From positions 63,374 to 95,373 of the forward strand of contig NZ_JAILWC010000004.1 in the NCBI RefSeq assembly GCF_025699125.1: a stretch of 32,000 nucleotides of DNA, given 5' to 3'. Shown here in pieces: positions 24,430-32,000 of this stretch (the first letter of the stretch is position 1; each line of letters starts with the position of its first letter). The position numbers and the translations under genes are program-made. This stretch comes from Nitrosopumilus sp. (GTDB lineage: Archaea > Thermoproteota > Nitrososphaeria > Nitrososphaerales > Nitrosopumilaceae). The notes beneath the pieces were generated by a model that had not been told where the DNA came from, made no database searches, and saw only the letters and a list, made by a program, of their open reading frames with translations.

Positions 24430-25403
24430 TTGTTAATTGCACCCTCCTTTACTTTCATCATTCTAGTAACCAGCAAGTGTGCAACTACATTGATTGCAAT
24501 TGCAATGAGTAAAAGAACTAACGCAACTCCAATCAAAGCAGGAAGATGCAATGATGCAGGGGATGCTTCAACAAATTCATTTGCGATGATACTAGACATT
24601 GTTTGACTTGGTTTGAATAGAGACGAAGGGATTGCAGCTATACCAGTTGCATTGCCAATCAACATTGTCACTGCCATTGTTTCACCAACAGCTCTTCCGA
24701 GTCCAAGAATCGACGCACCAATCAAGCCAGTTTTAGAGTACGGAAATACAGCTAGCTTGAACATTTCCCATTTTGTTGCACCTAACATGTATGCAGCTTC
24801 TCTTTGTTGTTGAGGTACTGCTTTCATTACTTCACGAGATACTGCTGAAACGGTTGGAATAATCATTATAGCTAAAATTACACTTGCAGTAATTATGTCA
24901 AGGCCAAAAGGAGTTCCCGAGAATAAAAATATGGAATCACCAAATAAATCGTGCAGTGGTTCTTCAACCCAGTCCTTAAAGTAAATTCTAAAAACAAAAA
25001 GTCCCCATAGTCCATAAATCACACTTGGAACAGCAGCTAAAAGTTCAACAATAAAACCCAAAGGACCACCTATTTTTGCGGGAGCATCAGAGATGAACAT
25101 TGCAATTCCAATACTTAACGGAACGCCAATCAACATTGCAAGTGAGGCAGTAACTAGTGTACCAAAAATGTAGGGTAATGCACCAAAAGATTCCCTACCT
25201 TCAACTGCATTCCAATCAGTACCAGTGATAAATGACAATCCATCTTCCTCCCAAATTGGATATGATTCAGAGACCAATTGAAAAACCAACAATGCAATCA
25301 TGACTAAAACATAAACGCCTGCTACAGTTGCGCCAATCTTGAAAATTTTATCTGAAATTTGGCGTTTACCATGCTTTTCAGGATTTAGATTAATCCGTTC
25401 CAC
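24426..25403 (-). CDS. pstC: Phosphate ABC transporter permease PstC
   Basis: Permease with an EAA loop (QREAAYMLGATKWE). First gene of the pstCAB-phoU string. GTG start. Confidence 0.85.
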   Translation of the reverse strand: MERINLNPEKHGKRQISDKIFKIGATVAGVYVLVMIALLVFQLVSESYPIWEEDGLSFITGTDWNAVEGRESFGALPYIFGTLVTASLAMLIGVPLSIGIAMFISDAPAKIGGPLGFIVELLAAVPSVIYGLWGLFVFRIYFKDWVEEPLHDLFGDSIFLFSGTPFGLDIITASVILAIMIIPTVSAVSREVMKAVPQQQREAAYMLGATKWEMFKLAVFPYSKTGLIGASILGLGRAVGETMAVTMLIGNATGIAAIPSSLFKPSQTMSSIIANEFVEASPASLHLPALIGVALVLLLIAIAINVVAHLLVTRMMKVKEGAINN

Positions 25404-25467
25404 ATAATTCAGGCATGAAAATGGAGTTATCTAAGATTTGATCATATTTTATGAGAATGTCATAGTT

Positions 25468-25483
25468 CTATATAGATCCTCAT
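25468..25483. promoter_or_regulatory. CTATATAG palindrome fused to GATCCTCAT, in the pstC <> AbrB-PhoU divergent region
   Basis: Read directly: CTATATAG at 25468-25475 and GATCCTCAT at 25475-25483. It lies 65 bp from the pstC start and 48 bp from the TTG start of the regulator gene. Confidence 0.4.
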
Positions 25484-25522
25484 CTAAATTGTAAATAAGT
25501 AAAATTTCTCAATAGATTTTAG

Positions 25523-26566
25523 TTGGAAACGTTAGAAAGCTCCAAACAAACAAGACGAATGCAGCTTAGTGGAGGCTCCACATACATTATTTCTCTTCCA
25601 AAGAATTGGATTGAAGAGTTAAAGATCAAAGTAGGGGAAAATGTCACGATTATTAAAAATTCTAACAAATCATTAACACTTATCCCTAAAGAGGGGGAAA
25701 ATCAAACAAAAAAAAGTACAGCAGTTGTACTATCCAATCAAAAAGATTCGGGGGAATCAATAAAGAGGAAAATTATTGCAGCATATCTTTCAGGTTACAA
25801 AACCATCAAAATTACAACAAAAGGGATGAGAATTCCAGCAGAACATTCTAGGAGCATCAGAGAATTGGTCAGGTCTACTATGATTGGAACGGAAATTGTA
25901 GAGTCAAGTTCTGAAAACATCATTATCCAAATCCTCACCAGACTTCCAGAATTGTCATTTGATACTGCATTGAAGAGAATGTATTTGATGGCAAATAACA
26001 TGGTGCTTGAAGCAATAGAATCACTAGAAGAGGTAGATATGAGTCATGCAGATGAAGTTGTAAATATGGATGATGAAGTAGATAGATTTGGCCTGTATAT
26101 GAGACGTAATTTAGTTTTAGCAGTAGGAAATGAAAATTTTCTACAAGACATGGGACTGAGAAAACCATCTGACTGTCTAGGACATAGGGCCATAGTTAGC
26201 AGAATTGAAAGAATTGCAGATCATGCGTCACTAATTGCAAAAAGAACAAAATTCATTGAAGGTAAAATAGATTCAAAAATTTTTGTAAAAATAAAAAAAC
26301 TCTCAGAGAAATCACTTGAGGTATTTGAGAAATCAATTACAGCGGTTCAAGAGCATGATTTTGAAAAAGGAGAAAGGGTGGCAGAAAAAGTCAACCAAGT
26401 GATTGAGGAGGAAAAACAAATTATGAGTAAAATCAAAGAAACAGAAAAAAATTCCACAATAATCAGATTTGTGTTAGAAGACTTGAGAAGAATTGCAGAG
26501 TATTCAAGCGATATTGCCGAAGTCGCAATAGATGAGAATATTCAAAATATCATTACTGAAGAATGA
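25523..26566 (+). CDS. AbrB/SpoVT-domain plus PhoU-domain fusion protein (putative phosphate-responsive transcription regulator)
   Basis: N-terminal looped-hinge-helix pattern (GGSTYIISLPKNWIEELKIKVGENVTI). C-terminal half carries two PhoU-type helices (RIERIADHASLIA and LRRIAEYSSDIAE). TTG start at 25523; alternative ATG at 25559. Confidence 0.75.
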   Translation: METLESSKQTRRMQLSGGSTYIISLPKNWIEELKIKVGENVTIIKNSNKSLTLIPKEGENQTKKSTAVVLSNQKDSGESIKRKIIAAYLSGYKTIKITTKGMRIPAEHSRSIRELVRSTMIGTEIVESSSENIIIQILTRLPELSFDTALKRMYLMANNMVLEAIESLEEVDMSHADEVVNMDDEVDRFGLYMRRNLVLAVGNENFLQDMGLRKPSDCLGHRAIVSRIERIADHASLIAKRTKFIEGKIDSKIFVKIKKLSEKSLEVFEKSITAVQEHDFEKGERVAEKVNQVIEEEKQIMSKIKETEKNSTIIRFVLEDLRRIAEYSSDIAEVAIDENIQNIITEE

Positions 26567-26604
26567 TAATTAAAAAAATAAAAGAAAAATAAAAAGAAAA
26601 AAGT

Positions 26605-28206
26605 CTACTCTACGTAGAATCCTTGAGCCCAGTCATCAGTCTTTCTTAAATCACTGGTGCTGGAAGTTTTTGCTTTTTCAATATTGAACATTGCATCATA
26701 TGCGGGATTGTTTGGACGGTATCCTTGACATTCAAAGTCAAAAATATTTTCTAGTGCGAATTTATTTTTAACATAACTCTCTTCAGAGTTTGGATTTGTA
26801 GAAACATCGTAATCTGTTGCCCTACAGCTTGAATAGTTGAAACCGCGAATTTCTTTTTCTCCAGATACTATCTTGACATCAATGTCAACGAGATCACGGT
26901 TTTGAGTTCCAATTATTCCTTGAACTTTTAATCCGTCATCAACATGCTTGTATAGCAATGGATAATCACCTACAATTCCTCTCAACTCAACAGTTGGATA
27001 TGCTGTCTTTCTTGTAAATTCGGTTCCAACATCCTCTGTTGCTGTAAGCACATTACTTTGTTTGAACATGGAAAACTCTGCAGTTTCCACGCCATAGTCA
27101 AAAGTAAATGTGACAAAAGCACTCAAATCCTTATCGGTGTTTTGAAGTGGTTCCTCATACTCATTTACAACCTTAGTTGTTTTCCAAGTAGTATCTCCTT
27201 GAAGAGCACCATAATTCACATTCAATGGTTTTAGACCTGAACATTCAAATCCTAATTGATATGCGGTTACAAATCCACTCTTTTTTGTAAATCCTTCTTC
27301 TTTATCTGTAAGAGTCGTAATTTTTGCACTCTCCACATGACAACTTCTGAAATCGAAGCCTCTCAATGTTTTATCACCATTAGTAAATTCCACTAGTGCA
27401 TCAAAATCATCATTAGATTGTGCAGTTAGTCCAGATACTTTTCTAGCATTATCAATTTTGCTTTGCAACATTGGATAATTATCCAAAACTCCTTCTACTG
27501 TGAATTCAGCCTTAGCATTTCGTCCAGTTTCACCATATCCTGAATCTAGATTAAATGATGGGAATTCAATTCTTTCCTTTCCTTCATTAAAGGAGAAGGT
27601 TACTGAAGTTTTCACATCGTTTGCATATTTGAATGCAGATTCACCATGATCTATAATGGTCCCAGGAGTAATTCTTGCGGAATCATTATTGGAATTTAGT
27701 CCACTACATACAAAGTCAATTTTATCAACTATTGCAAATCCGACACCAGCAAAATAACTTTCATAGTCATTTGAGTCAAGTGTTTCGACTTGATAGTTGT
27801 CAACTCGACAATTGGTATAAGCAAGGGAGATTACATTTTCACCGTTTTTTACAAAATTAGCATCAACATCAAAGTATTTGAACTGATGATCAAATGCTGC
27901 GTTTGAAGAACGGTAGATATACGCCTCATCCATTGCCTTGTGCAATAATGGAGAATCTGTTACTGTGCCTTCCACTGAAAATGAAACGCCAGCATCATCA
28001 ATCATGTTTTCGCCCATTTTAAAAACAGGGAATTCATATGTTTCAGTTCCATCTCTGAATTGAAATGTCAATACCGGCATTACATCGCCAATCATTTTGT
28101 ATCCTTCACTTTCTTCTGCATATGCGTTTGAAAGGTCAAAAGAGGTTACGGCAAATAATGCAACAATGCTAAAAATTGCAATGTTCTTTACGTTTTTGTA
28201 AGTCAT
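26605..28206 (-). CDS. Secreted protein of unknown function: signal peptide plus three tandem ~155-aa two-cysteine domains
   Basis: Signal peptide ..FDLSNAYA|EE. The repeats start at about residues 45, 202 and 365 (VLTFQF / VTFSF / VTFTF). Cys pairs fall at 133/167, 289/322 and 461/493. No family recognised. Confidence 0.75.
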   Translation of the reverse strand: MTYKNVKNIAIFSIVALFAVTSFDLSNAYAEESEGYKMIGDVMPVLTFQFRDGTETYEFPVFKMGENMIDDAGVSFSVEGTVTDSPLLHKAMDEAYIYRSSNAAFDHQFKYFDVDANFVKNGENVISLAYTNCRVDNYQVETLDSNDYESYFAGVGFAIVDKIDFVCSGLNSNNDSARITPGTIIDHGESAFKYANDVKTSVTFSFNEGKERIEFPSFNLDSGYGETGRNAKAEFTVEGVLDNYPMLQSKIDNARKVSGLTAQSNDDFDALVEFTNGDKTLRGFDFRSCHVESAKITTLTDKEEGFTKKSGFVTAYQLGFECSGLKPLNVNYGALQGDTTWKTTKVVNEYEEPLQNTDKDLSAFVTFTFDYGVETAEFSMFKQSNVLTATEDVGTEFTRKTAYPTVELRGIVGDYPLLYKHVDDGLKVQGIIGTQNRDLVDIDVKIVSGEKEIRGFNYSSCRATDYDVSTNPNSEESYVKNKFALENIFDFECQGYRPNNPAYDAMFNIEKAKTSSTSDLRKTDDWAQGFYVE

Positions 28207-28240
28207 TGAGAAACAAAAAAGAAATACAACCTATAAGCTG

Positions 28241-28298
28241 GATCCTCATTTTATCCGAGTGGAACATATGTGTAGATAGTACTCGTAATACTATATAG
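28241..28298. promoter_or_regulatory. GATCCTCAT (28241-28249) and CTATATAG (28291-28298) upstream of the triple-repeat gene
   Basis: Read directly. These are the same two words as in the pstC/regulator spacer. CTATATAG lies 85 bp upstream of the ATG at 28206. Confidence 0.35.
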
Positions 28299-28330
28299 AG
28301 AATTTTTAATTCTAAAAATTTGTTTCAAGA

Positions 28331-28390
28331 AATTAAAATAAAATTTAAGAACAAACTAAATTAAAAAAATAAAATTAAAAAGAAAAGAGT
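28331..28390 (-). terminator. Oligo-T-rich tract downstream of pstS (candidate archaeal terminator)
   Basis: On the minus strand, T5-T7 runs follow directly after the pstS stop (for example T7 at 28363-28369). Archaeal termination typically uses oligo-T. Confidence 0.35.
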
Positions 28391-29641
28391 TTAGACTTTG
28401 AGAATTCCTTGTTTAATTAGGAATTGTAGTCCGTTGATGTAGTCTTGATCAGATATCAGTCCTTCTGACCACCATTTTGCATTGTCTCTGATCCATTTTG
28501 GAATCTCTAGCGATCCAGTGCTTGTTGCTTTGTAATCCCAAAGCTTTTCGCCATCATACGTTACTTTGGATAATCCCTGTTTTCCTAGTTCTACAACCTT
28601 ATCGGCAAGTGGAACATATAGTAAACTTGAGGAGAATTCTTGACCATCAGTTATCATCCAATGAATCATGTGGATTACAGCTTTTGCTTGATCTTTGTTT
28701 TTAGTTACTTGTTTCAGATCATCATATACAAGAAGATATGTGAAGCTTGCAATCGGATATGAATCTGGACCGGGGGCATTAACAATTGTTACATGAGCCC
28801 AATTATCTTCAGATGCTGGCAAAGTATCTGCCACCCCACTAGATGCAGCAGAAATGCTGTCTAATGTAGGTTCGATGAATGCAGTTTTGTCAGCATTTTG
28901 AATTGATGCATAGCTCATTCCTGTTTGGAATGCATATGCAAGTTCAATGTAACCAATTGCGTATTCAGTGGATTTTACAATTCCAGCAACACCTTCATTT
29001 CCTGCGGATGCAAGACCTGAAGGCCATGGAACCGATTTTCCTGCACCTATCTTCTCATCCCAAGTTGGACTTACAGTAGATAGGTAATCTGTAAAGACGA
29101 AAGTTGTCCCAGAACCATCAGATCTATGTGCTGTAACAATATCTTTAGCAGGAAGATTCAATCCAGGATTTTCTGCAGTGATTGCAGGGTCATTCCATTT
29201 TGTAATTTCTCCCAAGAATATTTTAGAGACAACATCTGCTGTTAGTTTTAGTCCTTTGTTTGGAACTTCAGGGATGTTGTAAGCAACTACTACGCCGCCG
29301 ATTGATTCGGGGATGTGTAGGGTTCCCGGAGCTAATTCTCTTTCAGATTCCTTCATAGGTGCATCGGATGCTGCAAAGTTTACGGTTTTTTCAATGTGTT
29401 GTTTAATTCCACCGCCACTTCCAATCGATTGGTAGTTAAGATTTACATTGTCGTATGCATTTTTGTACTCAACTCTCCACAAATCAATCAGAGGGAATGG
29501 AAACGTTGCACCTGCCCCTGTCAAATTGAATTCAACGTTTGGGTTGGGTACATCGGGCATTGAAGAAGCGTTTGCGCTTAATGGTGGCAAGATAGCAACA
29601 AGTGTTGCGATCAAAAGTATTGATGTTATTTTTGCTCTCAT
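28391..29641 (-). CDS. pstS: Phosphate-binding protein PstS with a C-terminal ~40-aa extension
   Basis: Signal peptide, then PstS blocks (GAGATFPFPL, YQSIGSGGGI, FAASDAP, HRSDGSGTTF). It ends with the extra tail IPKWIRDNAKWWSEGLISDQDYINGLQFLIKQGILKV. Confidence 0.88.
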   Translation of the reverse strand: MRAKITSILLIATLVAILPPLSANASSMPDVPNPNVEFNLTGAGATFPFPLIDLWRVEYKNAYDNVNLNYQSIGSGGGIKQHIEKTVNFAASDAPMKESERELAPGTLHIPESIGGVVVAYNIPEVPNKGLKLTADVVSKIFLGEITKWNDPAITAENPGLNLPAKDIVTAHRSDGSGTTFVFTDYLSTVSPTWDEKIGAGKSVPWPSGLASAGNEGVAGIVKSTEYAIGYIELAYAFQTGMSYASIQNADKTAFIEPTLDSISAASSGVADTLPASEDNWAHVTIVNAPGPDSYPIASFTYLLVYDDLKQVTKNKDQAKAVIHMIHWMITDGQEFSSSLLYVPLADKVVELGKQGLSKVTYDGEKLWDYKATSTGSLEIPKWIRDNAKWWSEGLISDQDYINGLQFLIKQGILKV

Positions 29642-29714
29642 TGAACTAACGTGTTTAGAAATTTATTTACAAATATCAATAATAGATTACGAAAAAACAA
29701 GATCATCCTATTGA

Positions 29715-29722
29715 CTATATAG
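29715..29722. promoter_or_regulatory. CTATATAG palindrome upstream of pstS
   Basis: Read directly (CTATATAGA), 74 bp upstream of the pstS ATG at 29641. Confidence 0.35.
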
Positions 29723-29727
29723 ATTAT

Positions 29728-31317
29728 TTATGATTCGCAATTTATCAGCAGATCAGTTTGAGAATCTATTGGAGAGTAACACCCATCAGAGTCATCTCCG
29801 CCATCCATCACATCAGATCCAGAATTTGAATAAAGAATATCATATCCTGAATCACCTTTTAACACATCATTTCCCGAATTGCCCATTATGGTATCATTTC
29901 CATTATTTCCATAAATTACATCATCACCGTCACCACCAAAAATACAATCATTCCCATCATTGCCGTTAATGATATCAACACCGGCCAACCCAAAGATCAG
30001 ATCATCTGCAGATGTGCCTTGAATAAAGTCATCACCATCAGTTCCTACTATCATGTTATAATCAGAGTAAACATGTCCGCAGGCATTAATGGTGATGGTC
30101 TGGTATGTTTCTGCAGTATTGCCAGCATTGTCAAATGCAATCCAAGTAACCTTACTTACACCTAGAGAGAATTCTTCAGGAGCATTATTCAAAATTACTT
30201 TGACTCCACTTTCAGTATCAGCAGCTAATGCCTGACCAATATCTACGAAAGTCAATAATCCAGTTGCATCCAGAATCATGTTGCTTGGGGCCATGATTGT
30301 GGGTTCAATTTTATCAGAAGAATAATCCTCGCGGATTTCAGGTTCGATTATTTCAACTATTTCAGAAACTTCTGGTTCAACATAAAACGGAGTTTCAAGA
30401 GAGTAAATTTTGTGTCCTGCAGAATCTACAACAAGTAACTCACCATTAATGCCCAATGTAATATCAGTTGGAGAACTAAACATTCGAGGATATGGCCCAT
30501 TTTTTTCAAAAATATTAAGAGTCAAACCAATGTCTTGTTCAAGATGTAAAATTCTACCATTATCTGAATTTATAACATAAATTGCTCCGTTAGGATCAAC
30601 TTCAATTCCCGAGGGTGAAAAAACATAATTCAATCCACGAAATTGAAATGACTTTATGAATGAGCCATCCGAATCAAATTTTTCGATTTTGCGATTTCCT
30701 TTATCAGTCACATACACATATCCTTGTTCATCAACATCAATTCCAATTGCAGTAAGAAATTGACCTGAACCCATTCCACTTGTACCAAATGATAAAACAA
30801 ATTCGCCGTCAGAAGTAAATTTTTGAATTCTTTGATTACCAGTATCTACAACATAAACAAAGTTATCAGAATCAACTGCAATGCCATTTGGATATTTGAA
30901 TTCCCCGTCATGTATTCCTTTACTGCCCCATTGATCAGCAAACGTTCCATTAAGATAGAATTTTTGAATTTTATGCAAGTCATGATCTGCAACAAAAATA
31001 AAATTACTACTCACTGCAATTCCAGAAGGATAGTGAAATTCTCCAGGCAATGTTCCACTTTGCCCCCAATGAGTAAGATATTGACCATCACTAGAGAATT
31101 TTTGAATTCGCTTATTGCCCAAATCACTTATGTATGAATTTCCATCTTCATCAACTGCAATAAATTCAGGATACGAAAAATGCCCAGGTTTTGATATTCC
31201 AAACTGACCCCACTCAGATACCAAATCATAATCTCCTAGGGCAAATGAAGATGGGACAAATGCACTAAACGCTAAGAATATTGAAAAAACCATGACAAGC
31301 AGGACAAACTTTGACAA
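29728..31317 (-). CDS. Secreted NHL-repeat beta-propeller / HYR-like domain / RTX (hemolysin-type Ca-binding) repeat protein
   Basis: Signal peptide. Six NHL blades (G.F..P.GIAVD..GN.YV.D..N.RIQKF, residues ~44-306). HYR-like segment (~338-411: P.I.AP....DA......A.D..SGV......F.LG...VTW.A.DNAGNTA). Nonapeptide GxDGDDxIxG-type repeats (~425-510). Confidence 0.8.
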   Translation of the reverse strand: MSKFVLLVMVFSIFLAFSAFVPSSFALGDYDLVSEWGQFGISKPGHFSYPEFIAVDEDGNSYISDLGNKRIQKFSSDGQYLTHWGQSGTLPGEFHYPSGIAVSSNFIFVADHDLHKIQKFYLNGTFADQWGSKGIHDGEFKYPNGIAVDSDNFVYVVDTGNQRIQKFTSDGEFVLSFGTSGMGSGQFLTAIGIDVDEQGYVYVTDKGNRKIEKFDSDGSFIKSFQFRGLNYVFSPSGIEVDPNGAIYVINSDNGRILHLEQDIGLTLNIFEKNGPYPRMFSSPTDITLGINGELLVVDSAGHKIYSLETPFYVEPEVSEIVEIIEPEIREDYSSDKIEPTIMAPSNMILDATGLLTFVDIGQALAADTESGVKVILNNAPEEFSLGVSKVTWIAFDNAGNTAETYQTITINACGHVYSDYNMIVGTDGDDFIQGTSADDLIFGLAGVDIINGNDGNDCIFGGDGDDVIYGNNGNDTIMGNSGNDVLKGDSGYDILYSNSGSDVMDGGDDSDGCYSPIDSQTDLLINCES

Positions 31318-31388
31318 CAGTTACTTTTGCTAAAATTTGGCAAAGATCATCAAAGTTAACAATTATTCCATTTTTTGTCAACTTTATG

Positions 31389-32000
31389 TCAGAACGGCTT
31401 GTTTACCTCACGCGTGAACACATAGCTTGCAAGACCCACCATTACAAGAACAAACACAGAGATAACTCCAAGGCTCAAAGCTATTGAGATCCCACCTTCA
31501 GAGACGCCTGTCATCAGCTCCCTAACCAGCAATACAGTATAGGTAACAGGATTGAGTTTTGCTATCATTGCAAGCCAATTGGGCAGTAATTCTAATGGAA
31601 ATAATGCAGGGCTTAGCATGAATAAAGGCATGCCAAGAAAATTGATCACACCCCAAAAAGTTTCCTGAGATTTTGCTGTCGCTGCAACAATTACTGAGAT
31701 TCCTGAAAAACCCAATGAAAACAAAATCACTATTGCCATGATAGGTGCAATCATTATTGGATTTGGAAAAGTAACACCGATTGCCAAAGCAATTCCCAAA
31801 ATTAAACTAGCTTGCATTGCTGCAATCAATGAAATTGCAGACATTTTTCCAAGGGCAATTGCAGAACGAGAGATTGGAGAAGTAAGAGCCTTATTCATAA
31901 AACCATAACGTCTATCCCAAAGAGTATTAACGCCACCAAAAATACTTGTAAAAATTGCAGTAAGAATAATGACGCCAGGCGCCATAAACTCAATGTATTC
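31389..32000 (-). CDS. ABC-2-type transporter permease (N-terminus beyond the window edge)
   Basis: Multi-TM protein with a typical ABC-2 pattern (..WDRRYGFMNKALTSPISRSAIALGKM..). The reading frame stays open to nt 32000. Confidence 0.65.
   Translation of the reverse strand, partial: EYIEFMAPGVIILTAIFTSIFGGVNTLWDRRYGFMNKALTSPISRSAIALGKMSAISLIAAMQASLILGIALAIGVTFPNPIMIAPIMAIVILFSLGFSGISVIVAATAKSQETFWGVINFLGMPLFMLSPALFPLELLPNWLAMIAKLNPVTYTVLLVRELMTGVSEGGISIALSLGVISVFVLVMVGLASYVFTREVNKPF

Noticed and set aside
21415-25000. Shadow ORFs in sbtA, phoU, pstB, pstA and pstC (21415-21708, 22194-22379, 23150-23443, 23214-23507, 23459-23656, 24403-24606, 24613-24813)
   Set aside because: They are antisense or out of frame relative to transporter genes with Walker, EAA or PhoU motifs.
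25795-31137. Shadow ORFs 25795-26001, 25935-26168, 27675-27860, 28498-28704, 28879-29079, 29448-29714, 29730-29969 and 30823-31137
   Set aside because: They are antisense to the AbrB-PhoU, triple-repeat, pstS and NHL/RTX genes. The His/Gln-rich 29730-29969 frame is simply the complement of the Gly/Asp-rich RTX repeats.
31318-31388. Small inverted repeat TTTGC-n10-GCAAA between the NHL/RTX gene and the ABC-2 permease gene
   Set aside because: It has only a 5-bp stem in A/T-rich context, which is not distinguishable from chance.

Overview
AT-rich (by eye about one-third G+C), tightly packed chromosomal segment that looks archaeal. The intron-containing tRNA-Leu, archaeal-type PGK, TATA-like boxes about 30 bp upstream of start codons, many 4-nt gene overlaps and numerous small zinc-finger ORFs fit a Nitrosopumilus-like marine thaumarchaeon; this taxonomy is inference only. 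Most of the window is housekeeping. Tetrapyrrole genes lie in two blocks: hemA-hemB at 0.07-2.3 kb, and hemL-hemC-cobA-hemD at 14.2-17.9 kb. Between them sit pgk, a PAP2 phosphatase and a SUF Fe-S assembly operon (sufB-sufD-Rieske-sufS-sufU-Zn-ribbon protein, with no sufC). Next come an arsenic module (arsR <> arsC-MIP channel), an SbtA/SbtB-like transporter plus PII-like pair, and a phosphate-uptake locus (pstS ... pstCAB-phoU). The less ordinary parts are these. (1) The pst locus is interrupted by a divergent AbrB-PhoU fusion regulator and by a secreted protein made of three copies of an unassigned ~155-aa two-cysteine domain. All three pho intergenic regions carry the palindromic word CTATATAG(A). 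(2) A long coiled-coil protein ends in 9-10 near-identical KKKPARK(I/T)AA repeats, encoded by a 30-bp tandem array. (3) An intron-containing tRNA-Leu(CAA) sits beside a decayed tyrosine-recombinase N-terminal remnant. (4) Several sub-60-aa Cys-rich ORFs are absent from the supplied ORF track. (5) A 26-bp near-perfect palindrome spans the arsR/arsC divergent start region. (6) PstS carries a C-terminal WW-containing extension. (7) There is an NHL-HYR-RTX secreted protein. No rRNA, CRISPR array or intact mobile element was seen. All functional calls rest on motif recognition by eye in the translated ORFs; no database search was possible.
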